64,000 nt of DNA. It comes from the human T2T-CHM13v2.0 reference genome, Homo sapiens. The position numbers and the translations under genes were made by a program. The notes under the pieces were generated by a model that saw nothing but the letters and a program-made list of their open reading frames with translations, was not told where the DNA came from and ran no database searches. Positions within the stretch are counted from its first letter, which is position 1, and each line of letters opens with the position of its first letter. The DNA lies in the NCBI RefSeq assembly GCF_009914755.1, contig NC_060926.1, one strand, 5' to 3'. Below are positions 42,157 through 54,282 of this stretch, one piece after another.

Positions 42157-42473
42157 GTTAATAGTATGAAGTTTTAGCTTTATGGACTTGCCATTAATTA
42201 ATTGACACTCTTTTTTGGAATATTCACTTCTCTATCTTTGTAATCAGTTCAAGTATTCCAATGTTACAGCCTCACCTTCTAGACATGGTGACAGATAACT
42301 AAGTTGAAGATACCAATGTTTGCAGTTGCTAAAAGTTTCCTCTGCTACACTTTATCAGACCTTATAGATACCCAGTATTTTGAGTCAAGTTTTGGTAAAC
42401 CTACTGAACTTCTCAATAGGGTATCTTATAAGCACCTCTATTCTAATTTATACATCAAACGTTTCTGGTATCT

Positions 42474-44973
42474 GGTCTTTTGAAGACAGCGTACCAAAGG
42501 GTCTTGGTTCTCTATCCAGCTTGCCACTCTGTGTCTTTTAATTGGGGCATTGAGCCCATTTACATTTAATATTAGTATTGATATGTGTGAATTTGATTCT
42601 GTCATCATAATGTTAGCTGATTATTTTGCAGACTTGTTTATGTGGTTGCTTTATAGTGTCACTGGTCTGTGTACTTCAGTGTGTGTTTTGTAGTGGCTGG
42701 TAATGGTCTTTACTTTCCATATTTAGTGTTTCCTTCAGGATCTCTTGTAAGGTACGTCTGGTGATAACAAATTTCCTCAGCATTTTTTTGTCTGAAGAGG
42801 GTCTCAATTCTTCTTGACTTATGAAGCATAGTTTAGCTAGATATGAAACTCTGGGTTGAAATTTCTTTAAGAATATCAAATATTAGCTCTCAATGTGTTC
42901 TGGCTTATAGGATTTCAGCTGAGAGGTCCACCGTTAGTCTGATGGGCTTCCCTTTGTAGGTGACCTGCCTTTTCTCTCTACGTGCCTTTTAGATTTTTTC
43001 TTTCATTTCAACCTTGAAGAATCTGATGGGTGTGTCTTGGTGATAATCTTCTATCAAAGTGTCTTACTGGAGTTGTCTGCATTTCCTGAATTTGAATGTT
43101 GGCCTCTCTAGCTCTGTTAGGGATCTCATGGATGATATCCTGAAATATGTTTTCCAAGCTGGTTTACAATTGCAACAAAAGCAAAAATTGACATGTGGGG
43201 TCTAATTAAACTACAGAGCTTCTGCAAAGCTTCTGCACTCAAAGAAACTATCAGTAAACAACCTACAAAATGGAAGAAAAGTTTTGCAAACTACGTATCT
43301 GACAAAGGCCTAATATACACCAGCTATAAGGAACTTAAACAAATTGAGGCAACCCCATAAAAATGTGGGCAAAGGACACGAGCAGACACTTTTCAAAAGA
43401 AGACATACATGAGGCCAACAATCATACGAAGGAAAGCTCGACATCACTGAACATTAGAGAAATGCAAATCAAAACCACAATGGGATACCATCTCACACCA
43501 GTCAGAATGGCTGCTATTAAAAAGTCAAAAAATAACAGGGGCTAATGTGGTTGTAGAGAGAAAGGAATGTTTATACACTATTGGTGGGAGTGTAAATTAG
43601 TTCAACCATTGTGGAAGACAGTGTGGTGATTCCTCTAGGACCTAGAGTTGGAAATGCCATTCAACCTAACAATCCCATTATTTGTCTTCTCTTTGTTCTC
43701 TAGTTCTTTCTGTTGTGTTAGTTTGTTAACTTGAGAACCAGTATTGTTAAAATGGCCATATGACCCAAGGCAAGTTATAGATTCAATGCCATGCCTGTTA
43801 AACTATCATTGACATTCTTCTCATAACTAGAGAAAAACTATTTTAAAATTCATATGGAACCAAAAAAAAATGCCCAAATAGCCAAGGCAATCCTAAGCAA
43901 AAAGAACAAAGCTGACGGCATCATGCTACCTGACTTTATATTACAGGGCTACAGTAACCAAAACAGATTTGTAGTGGTACAAAACAGACACATAGATTAA
44001 TGTAACATAATAAAGAACCCAAAAGAGGACCACACACCTACAACTATCTGAGCTTCAAAAATCCTAACAAAAACAAGCCATAGGGAAAGGATTCTCTATT
44101 CAATAAATGGTGCTGGGATAACTGGCTAGCCATATGCAGAAGATTGAAATGGGACCCCTTTCTTGTACCATATACAAAATTAATTCAAGATCGATTAAAG
44201 GCTTTAAAACTCAAAACTATAAAAAACCTGAAAGACAACCTAGGCAATACCATTCAGGACATAGAAACAGGCAAAAATTTCATGACGAAAATACCAAAAG
44301 CAGTTGCAACAAAAGCAAAAATTGACAAATAGAATCTAATTAAACTAAAGAGCTTCTGCAAAGCAAAAGAAACTATCCTCTATTGGTTGGAGTGTAAATT
44401 AGTTCAACCACTGTGGAAGATAGTGTGGTGATTCCTCAAAGACCTAGAGGCAGAAATAACATTCAACCCAGCAATCCCATTACTGGGTATATACCCAAAT
44501 GAATACAAATTGTTCTATTATAAAGACACATGCACACATATGGTTATCGCAACACTATTCACAACAGCAAAGACATGGAATCAACCTAAATGCCCATCAA
44601 TGATAGACTGGATAAAGAAAATGTCGTACATATACACAGTGGAATACCATGAAGCCATAAAAAGGAATAAGATCATGCCTTTGCAGGGACATGGATGGAA
44701 CTGGAGGCCATTATTCTTAAAAGAGTAACACAGGAACAGAAAACCAAGTACCACATGTTCTCACTTATAAAGGGGAGCTAAATGATGAGAACACACACTG
44801 GGGCTTGTGGATGGTAGAGGGCGAGGGAAGGGAGAGGGTCAGGAAAAATAACTAATGCATACTAGGTTTAATACCTAGGTGATGAAATGATCTGTGCAGT
44901 AAATTCCAGTGACACAAACTAACCTACGTAACAAACCTGTGCTTTTACCCATGTACTTAAAATAAAAGTTAAA
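42474..44973. mobile_element. Rearranged primate L1 (L1PA13-16-like), five segments in mixed orientation
   Basis: ORF1 C-terminus-like peptide (FQPRVSYLAKLCF) on minus. ORF2 peptides ([36 protein letters not shown]) on plus. 3' UTR ends AAAATAAAAGTTAAA. Confidence 0.9.
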
Positions 44974-44999
44974 TTTTTTTAAGTGATAAAAATAAGTCA

Positions 45000-45990
45000 A
45001 CCAATATTTTTGGATGAACAGGAAAAATATTAAGAATGAAACTTATGGAAGTACTCTTTTTCTGCCACAGTAAGGATATAATTACCTTGTTTTACGAATA
45101 AGAACAGAAGAAAAGCTGAAACTCAATGAGTTAAGCATCTAACACAATAGAAACATAATGAAAAATAAGTAGAACATAGAAAATTTAAAGAGCCTAAGTT
45201 AATAAAAAGAGATATTCCTAATATAATGGAAATTAATAACAAAACCAAACACTGATTCTTTGACAAGATTATTAAAATTGATCTTCATATTTGATTAAGA
45301 AAAATATATTATATAATGAATGAAAAGAATCTTACATATCCTGAAGATGTTAAAATACTATTTTGAATAACTGTCAATAATTGAAACTTTGAAAAAATTT
45401 CTAGAAAATAAAACTTCAAAAATTGACACAGGCAGAATTTGAAAACCTATGTTTAGCTGACATCATCACCAAGTTGTATTTAACATTCATATAAAAATAA
45501 ACGCAGTATTTGCCATAAACTTCCAGGTGACTACATATGAGTGTATATTTCAGAACTCATTTTATGAAGCCAGGATATTCTATAAAACATTGTCAAAAAT
45601 GACAGAAGAATGGAAAATATCTGTTTAATCTTACTCATAAACATAGCTGCAAAATTCTTAAGCAAAATATTATGAATCAAGTAATAAATAGCATAATTTA
45701 TTGTGTAAATATGGGTTTACCATAGTTTTATTATTAAAAATTAGTCAATGTAATATGTAAAAGGATAAAAAGATACAACATGACAATATCAAATTATGTA
45801 GAAAAAACCCCTATTGAAAAAATTCAATATAATTTTAAGGCAAACTTATGATTTTGAGAACAAAACAAATTTTTGGAAACTTGGAGTTAGGAGATACCCT
45901 TTATTTGATAGAGTTTTCACAACCATCATAATTAATAGTGAAACATTGAAAGATTCGATTAACATCAACAATGTAAAACAATGAAATTTT
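45000..45990 (+). mobile_element. Highly decayed L1M ORF2 fragment
   Basis: A-rich, with AACTCATTTTATGAAGCCAG and AAAATTCTTAAGCAAAATATTA, L1 RT-region-like. Confidence 0.6.
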
Positions 45991-46101
45991 GTTTGGTTTT
46001 AGGTGAATATTAAATAGTAAATCAAGAAGAAATAATAAAATTTAAAATTCAGCGTTTATCAGCCAACATAGTAAAAACTTATTTCAGTCAAAAAATATCA
46101 A

Positions 46102-46429
46102 TACAATTCATCCTCCCTTAGCCACAGCTTTCACATCTGGAGATATTAATCCAAACACGGGTGGAAAACATTTAAAATAAAAACAAGTAAAATTATAAAC
46201 AAAGAAAACACAAATTTTAAAAAGCATACAGGGTAATAACTACATAGCATTTACATTGTATTAGATATTTTAAGTAACCTAGAGATGATTTAAAATACAT
46301 AAGAAGATACATATAGGTTATATACATATACTATGAAATTTTAAGTCATGGACTTGAGCATCAGAGGGTTTTGGCATTGGGACAGGAGTGCTGAAACCAA
46401 TCTTCCAGGAGTACCAAGAGATAACTGTA
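46102..46429. mobile_element. MER2-type Tigger MITE
   Basis: CATAGCATTTACATTGTATTAG...GGACTTGAGCATC...ACTGTA. Confidence 0.75.
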
Positions 46430-47140
46430 GATGCAAAAAATAGTGGGTGAAAGTTTCATGAAGAACAATATTTTCCTATCTCAAAATACTTCCTCACAAA
46501 AATGCATTTTAATTATAAAGGGAAAAGAAGGGTAATTTTGTTTCACTTGAAAACCTGGCAAATATCTCCTTAATCAAGTCACCTGTTAACTTCAGAAGGT
46601 AATGGGCAAATCAAAATTGTAGACCACACAATGGGATGCAATGAGAAGAGTATAACAACACTTCTGGGATGTTCTTTCAAAAATGTATTATCTGAATGGT
46701 AATCATGAGAAAACATGAGGAATATTATTCAAAGCTACTTGCCTGTCATCTTCAAAAGTGTCAGTATCATGAAAGTCAAAGAAAGATTGAAGAATTCTTC
46801 CAAATCAAAGGAGTCGAAATAAATACAACAGTTCAGTGTAGCTTTTGATCCCGGGTTGGATCTTTTTCAATAAATGACATTAATGTGATAACTGGCAAAA
46901 TTTTTACACAGTCTATAGATTACATACCAGTAATGAACCATTGTCAGCTTCTTCATTTAGATGGTTATATTACAGTTATATAGGAGAATATTCTTGGTTA
47001 TAGAAAAAATAAACTGAAGTAATTGGGCATGATGGGATATCATGTCAATAAGGTACTTCTCAATGGATCAGGACTAACAAAGGTCTTTATCCTAGCCTCC
47101 CAACCTTTCTGGGAGTTTGAAAACATTTTAAATACAAATA
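46430..47140 (+). mobile_element. L1MC-type 3' UTR fragment
   Basis: GAAAACCTGGCAAATATCTCCTTAATCAAGT and TCTTCAAAAGTGTCAGTATCATGAAAGTCAAAGAAAG. Confidence 0.6.
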
Positions 47141-47312
47141 AATAGTGGTCAAATGGTCCCCAAAGTTTAACAAGATATGCCTGCCAGTTTGGCAATAATT
47201 AAAAAGTTTAATAATACCAAGTACTAATGATGCTATAGAGCAATACAAAGTCTCATATGTTGTCTTCGGATATGTACATTGGTTAAATCATGTTAGAAAA
47301 TAAGTTGGAATT

Positions 47313-47661
<349 letters not shown>

Positions 47662-47671
47662 CTATTGCCCT

Positions 47672-48235
47672 GCTATGGTAGGCAGAATTCTAGATGTAGA
47701 ATTCATGACCTAGAACTCATGACCTTTGGTCCTTACTATTACTCCCATGATTATGTTAACTTACGTGGCAAAAGGGATTTTACAGATGCATTTAGATTTA
47801 CTAATCAGTGTTCTTAGGATGGGGAGATTTTCTAGGTGGGTGGTGAAATCACACGTGACCCCATTAGAGTAAAGTTTTCTCCAGCAGGTGGCCGAAGAAG
47901 ATTCAGAGCACGGCGAAGATTTAAAAGAGGGATGTTCTTTGCTGTAAAAATACATACACATCGTGACATGGTACTGTGACTAGTCTCCCGGGCCTGAGAG
48001 AGGCTCCTAACAACCTTAGGAACCTCAGTCCTACCACCACCAAGAACTAAAGCAAAATCTTCCAAAAGGCAAGCTCAATTAATACCTTGATTATGGCTTT
48101 ATAATATCCTGAGTAGCAAACCCAGGTGAGTGAATGCAGGCTTCTGAACTGTAAAATTGTGGGATAAGAAATTTGTGTTGATTTAAACCCCTAAGTTTGT
48201 GATAATTTTTGACATAGAAATAGAAAATTAATATA
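47672..48235 (+). mobile_element. MLT1E-like MaLR LTR
   Basis: TGGTAGGCAGAATTCTA...ATGATTATGTTA...GGCAAAAGGGATTTTACAGATG, ending AATAGAAAATTAATATA. Confidence 0.75.
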
Positions 48236-49924
48236 CCAGGCTCCCCACCTCTAAGTATATACCAAAAAGAAATTTCTGAGCATGAAAATCATTGTACTCG
48301 TGTAGTATATATGTGTGTGTATATATATTTATTTATACATACATGAATGACATTGTTCTAATATCTAAAAATAGAAAAAAACCCATAGCTGTATATTCAT
48401 ATATTCATATAAACCCATATATTCATTCAATGCAATACTTCTGCACTGAAAGTAAATAAATTTTATCTACAAAAAAAAGTGGGTAATCTTACAATGTTAG
48501 GTGAAAAAAGAAAGACATAAAATATATATAATATGAATCAATTTGCATAAAGTTAAAAAACACACAAAACCAAGCTATGTTTTTAGGGGTGTTTTTATAG
48601 CATCCCTATGAACTAAAGCAAGGAAATGAGATACACAAAAATCAGCATAGTGATTTTTTAAATTGTGGCATATACAGTTCTTTGTGTTTGCAGATAATGT
48701 AACAAACACAAAGAAAATTATAACTATGGCAAAAATATTTCAAGGAATTGTTTTTAAAGTCTAGTATTAAAGGAGTATACTGGAATCTTAAAAAATTTAA
48801 GGACTTTTTGATTTAAGGAATTCCATACTTGGGATATTAGGCAGGTCATTTGGACTCAGCATATTTCTCTATCCCCAACAGTTACATGCCAGTGATGAAA
48901 ATTCTACCATTGTTGCCTTTTCATTTAGACTTTCCCTCTCTGTGATTCTAAAATAGGAATGCTTGCAACAATAAAATATTAAACTAATCTTTCCGTATCC
49001 AGAATAACAGAATCACTTTTCTGAAGATGCATAGTTAAACCTCAAACACTAAATACCTATTGGATATTAGATACTGAGATGATACAGCGGCAGCAAATTG
49101 AAAAAATATGGGTTTCAGCAAGGTAAAGAAAATTGACTTAAAAGGGCCATTGATCACATTCAGGACGTATTTTACAGCATCATATCCCAATTTTGGATTT
49201 CCTCCCTTTGTTCTAATATACATACAAAGTTTGGGCGAGAAGAGTTCTTAATGTAAGAAATACTGGATGAAAGAAATACTGAAAAAAGGTAGTTGACTAT
49301 GTGGCTATATGTCAATATGGGCCTCAACAATGAATTTACTTTTGGAAAAGGAAATGAATGACAGCAGAACAGAGAATACAGGCTTTAAATTTTCTTCCAC
49401 AAAGAAGTACAATTTACAATATAAAAACACAATATAGAAACAGAGGAAAAACATAGGAATGTTCTTTACAATCTCCCTCCCTGTAAAGCTATGAACAAAA
49501 AAAATTTGCTTTCAATGATTTATACTATCAAGTTTTTAAATATCTTTACCAGCTCCAGAATTGTTCATCTACAATCACGTTTATGTTGATAAGGGCAAGC
49601 AGATGGTTAGGAAATCATATGATTAACAGCACGCTAAAATAGTTATCAGGATGAATGAGCAGTTAATTACCCATTGTTAGATGCATATTCCCCTATGAAA
49701 AATATACTATGACAATTTTCTTAAAAATTTCAGGAGGGCCTTTTAGACAAGGCATTGTAAATCCCCCAGGGGACAGGATAACAAGATGGGTGGAAGTTTA
49801 TAGGAGGAAGACAAGTTGCAACCCCTTGGCTCATCTGTTAATCCAATACTCACAGCAGCTTCTCCTTTCATTGCAATATATATTGAGGTTATACAGGGAA
49901 ACAGTCTGATGAAGTAATTAAAAG

Positions 49925-50080
49925 GTCGAGACATACTGACATAAGCCTGTAGTCTTAGCTACTTGGGAGGCTGAATCAAGAGGATTGTTTGAACCCAGGA
50001 GTTCAAGGCTGCAGTGAATTATGATCACGACACTGAACTCCAGCCTGGGCAGCAGAGTAAGACCTTGTCTCTAAAAATAA
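49925..50080 (+). mobile_element. FLAM/AluJ monomer
   Basis: GAGGATTGTTTGAACCCAGGAGTTCAAGGCTGCAGTGA. Confidence 0.85.
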
Positions 50081-51444
50081 TTTTTGTAAATAACTGTTTT
50101 TAAAGGTCAGGATATAATGCTTTTTAAAAAGGAGTTAAACTTTTTCTCTAGCAATTGCCTACTCTAAGTTATATGAAGTCCCTAGCTATGACACTCAAAC
50201 TAAAAAAAGCTGGGATTCATGGGCTAATTTTCCCAGGTGGAGCACAGGGCTGAGTCTCAACTTTATGAGTCAAGAAACGTGTTACTGTCCTTGTACTCAG
50301 AGATAATGAATGTGAGATAATATTCCTTGGAAAACTGAGTCTCATGTTCTTGACTCAACCTGTTTTTTTTTTGTTGTTTTTTTTTTTAATCTGGGAAATC
50401 TATCAGCAAAACAAAATTGAGATTCTGAGGGTGTTTTTGGTGTGAATGGATGAGTCATGGGTATTAGCGAACTTGGTGGCCTAGCAAAGTCAGGAGGAAG
50501 AAGGACCTAGTTTTTAGCATTCCCAGGACACATTGTTTCCTTGTAGCCAAAACCTGCTGTCCTACCTCAGGGCGAGTCTAGGAAGACTAGCAGGGTAGAT
50601 GGAAGACCTGTCAGCACCTCAAGTCTCTGGGCTAGGTGGACTGTGACCTCAGTCTGGAAGAATCTGCTATAATTCTGGGACAACTCTGCTCTCTCAATTC
50701 TCTTTTTCTCAAGTTATTCTCTTTCTCACTTCTGTCATGCCTTTCCCTTCATTGCTAATCACTGCTGAAAATGAAAGCTCAGACACTATCCTGCTATTTG
50801 TGCTTTCAGCCTTTCCCTGAGGTAATTAGGCATAGTCTCTACGTGAATGTGGGAAAATAAGAGAATATGTATGGAACATCGAGAAGAAGTAAAACAAAAA
50901 ACATAAATTAATAAGTTGAGCGGGTAGGTCTTATGCCTAGAATTCATGTTAGGTCCCACAGCCGAATGCAAATTATTCCACATTCTAAAGTCAACTCTAA
51001 ATGTGACCTGTCTTCTCCCCCTATGCTGCGAAAGCCCTGCCACAGAGCATCATCAAAGACAGTGATTACAAAATAATAATAAATTCCGTAGTCAGACTGC
51101 ACTGAGTTGAAACTGCACAATAAATCAGTAACAGATCTGTCCAATTAACAATGAGCCAAATATTTAATTTCATCACCCCTGTAATTTATTCTTGTTTATG
51201 AGGTCATTTCACATCCAAAATATAGAATCTACACACAACATCCTTAGATAGCTACCTATTACTATGGCAAGAACTGCCTTAATTGGTTATATTTACACTG
51301 ACTTAAACAATGGAATTGTCTGGCTGATGAACTGCAAAATGAGGATTCTGCCCAGGTTTGGCCAAATGCTAATGGTGGGCTTGTCATTTATTAACTTCTG
51401 TAAATCCCAGAGAAAAAGGGAGAGTGTTTGGCATGTAAATAACA

Positions 51445-51626
51445 TTGGCAGATTTAGCAAATAAAAATGCAGAATGCCTAGTTAAATTCAAATTTCAGAT
51501 AAACAGCTTTTATTTTAAAGAATAAGCATATTGCAAATATTGCCTGGAATGCATTTATACCCCCAAATTAGATTTTGTTTATTTGAAACTTCAATTTAAC
51601 TGGATGTCTTTTATTTTATCTACCAA
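51445..51626. mobile_element. MER53 palindromic hAT MITE
   Basis: Inverted arms CTAGTTAAATTCAAATTTCAGATAAAC / GTTTATTTGAAACTTCAATTTAACTGG. Confidence 0.75.
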
Positions 51627-53126
51627 TTTTACATGTAAGATATCCCTTGTCATCAAACTTTTTTTTCACTGAAGATTTATCTACAAGTGGAACCAACTGT
51701 ATCAGTAAGAAGCAAAGCATAAATTGCTTTTTGAATATATTTGTTGGAGCTGGATAGAAGAAACATATGAAATGTCATACTCATTGAAACCATAATATAG
51801 TATGATCTGATGTTTCAAGTTCTACCAATAATAGTCCATTTCTTTGTTGCTTTTATCAGGATTCCTTTCTAAATGTAAACTGTGGTAGGGAGCAGTTAAT
51901 GAATTCCTGGTGCAACTGAATGTTAAAAATGAAATTCACTTTTGTGTCAAGTTTCAGCTAAGTTCCACAGATGCCAAAACAGAGTGAGTATTTATATAGA
52001 TGTATGGTGATCATCATCTATGTAGGTTTAGTAAAACAGCCTGAAATCAGTTCAGTAACGATTAGCCTAATCCCCACGTTGAGAGCGTAAGATTAAGCTC
52101 AAGTAGCTGGGGAAGAGAATATTTTTGTGGGGAGAGTTCTAAGTATGCAGTAAATCTTTCTCCCATCTAAGTATGCAGTTAAGTCTTTCTCCCATGGAAA
52201 AGGTGGGGATTTGCTTTCTCTCATTTCAGCCTTAGTGAAAAGATTGCAGGAGATTTTTTTTAGAGAGCATCATGTGTTCTCTTGGAGTGGACTTCCATGA
52301 GATGTGAGCATTACAAAATAAATAAAGTAGAAAGAAAAAGACTACCATTGTGAGGCTGGCTAAAGTGGTCTGTGGAAGCAGGTTGTAAGATTATTTGGGG
52401 AAAATAAATACTCTTTGACTGAAAGCAGGACACAATTTCATGTTTCTAGGGAACCAGATGTGGTAGGTGTATTAGCCAGAGGAAGTTTTAAAAGCTGGAG
52501 AGGTTTTTCTGCAAAGGGTGAATTCATTAGAGGTTCATTAGAGGCTGAGGGGAGGTAGCAGGTAGACAACCGAAAAAAAGAGACTTTGGCCATTTTCTAG
52601 GTGGTACCAGCTAGAGGTGTTCAAAAGCAGAACTCTGAGTCATCCAGGAAAGCACTAGGAAAGGCAGATACAGCTTCAAGCAGTGGCCAAGGGGAAAGCC
52701 AGCTCAAAGACTATCAGTCTCACCAGACATTTTCTGGACTTACCTCTGAATATTTCCTCTCTCAATTCTGCAGAAAGAGGACCACTTAGTGAATGGGAGA
52801 AGGTGAAAAGAGGATGTCATAGGTAGTGAAATAGAAAATAATGTAATCATAGTTCATCACCAAAGTCAGTTACCACCTGATATAGGCCCAAGAGGTCAGG
52901 GGAACTTCAAGTGCAACACTGAGCTTCTGACTATTCTACAGAAATAAATATTTCAAATACTGATTGAGCCCATTCTTGGATAAAAGTTGCCAAAATACTT
53001 TTTATTATATGAGTAGCTGGAGATATTCTGCCACCTGCCCAAGATACATTATGCTAATTGATGAGGAGTAAAGGGCAGATTTAGTACATTTGTAAGGTAG
53101 GAGACATTTCTGTTTGACATCTAGAG

Positions 53127-53497
53127 CAGGGGTCAACTTTTTCTGTATAAGGCCAGATAGTAAATTAATGTTTTAGGCTTTGGGGGCCAAGAAAAAAAAT
53201 GAGGCTATTACGTAGGTGTTTGTAACAACCGTTAAACCATATTTTTACTGAATGTTTATTAACAAATTCAGAATATAACAAGAATTTAGTAATTTTTTGG
53301 TAATACACATGTATAAGTGAGGAGAATTGAATTCTTTTTGGGTGGATAACATTTTTCTTAATTGGGCTTCGATGTTAGTGTTCTTTACTATCAAATAGAT
53401 TACAGAGGTTCATCTGTAAAATCAGTTCTTAGCTCATGAGCTGCACATAAACAGGCAGTAGAATAGATTTGGCCTGCATGCTATTTGCTTACCCCTC
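53127..53497 (+). mobile_element. MER58-like hAT-Charlie element
   Basis: CAGGGGTC...AAGGCCAGATAGTAAAT...GATTTGGCCTGCATGCTATTTGCTTACCCCT. Confidence 0.75.
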
Positions 53498-54240
53498 TTA
53501 TAAAGCCCCAATTCTTTCATCAAAATGGTTACAACTGGACATGTGTAGTTTCTCCAGGTTTCCCCTAGGTGAAGGTTTGAATGCAAATGAAGCCATCAGG
53601 CACTGGGGCGTGAGTAAGCCAAGTGAAATGTAAAAGGAAGTGTTCAGCTCTCTGGCAGAGAGGGAAAAACTGTGGACATGAGGGACATCTCACTTTCCCT
53701 GCTCCTGGTGATTTCACTTGCGGTAATAACCCTCCATAGTGGTCTTTCTGCATTTGCACCTGCCCAAAGTACCACTGACACCAAAATTAATCAAAGAGAA
53801 TGAATTTTCCAGAAGGGAAGAACTACCACAAAGATGCTCCTCTTATGAAAGGAAGCAGCCAAGTCACTTGTTCCATAGATTATTTTTCCCCTGTCTTTCT
53901 CCTTAAAATTAGTCAAGTTAAATTGATGCCATTTGTAAAGACACTGACATAAGTAAATGAGAAACTTTGCAATAGAGTTGATCGATAGCTGAAATTATGT
54001 TAATTTTTCTCTGAAATGGAGATGAGATTTCTTCAGCAGAAAACATACTACTCCATATAATATTCCATTTACTTTGTGACAGTTTAGCATGTTCAATACT
54101 TTTCTCTGGAGTTGGGTACCCAACACTGAAAATTCCACAATTTAGTGATAAAACTTGATTCAGTGCTAACCCAGCGAGGTGGTAGTTATTGCTTTGCGGA
54201 GATGAAAGGATTTTGTTATTGTTTTCTGGAATAGAAAATG

Positions 54241-54243
<3 letters not shown>

Positions 54244-54281
<38 letters not shown>
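54244..54281. repeat. Pure A38 tract
   Basis: Read directly. No Alu or L1 body adjacent. Confidence 0.95.
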
Positions 54282-54282
<1 letters not shown>

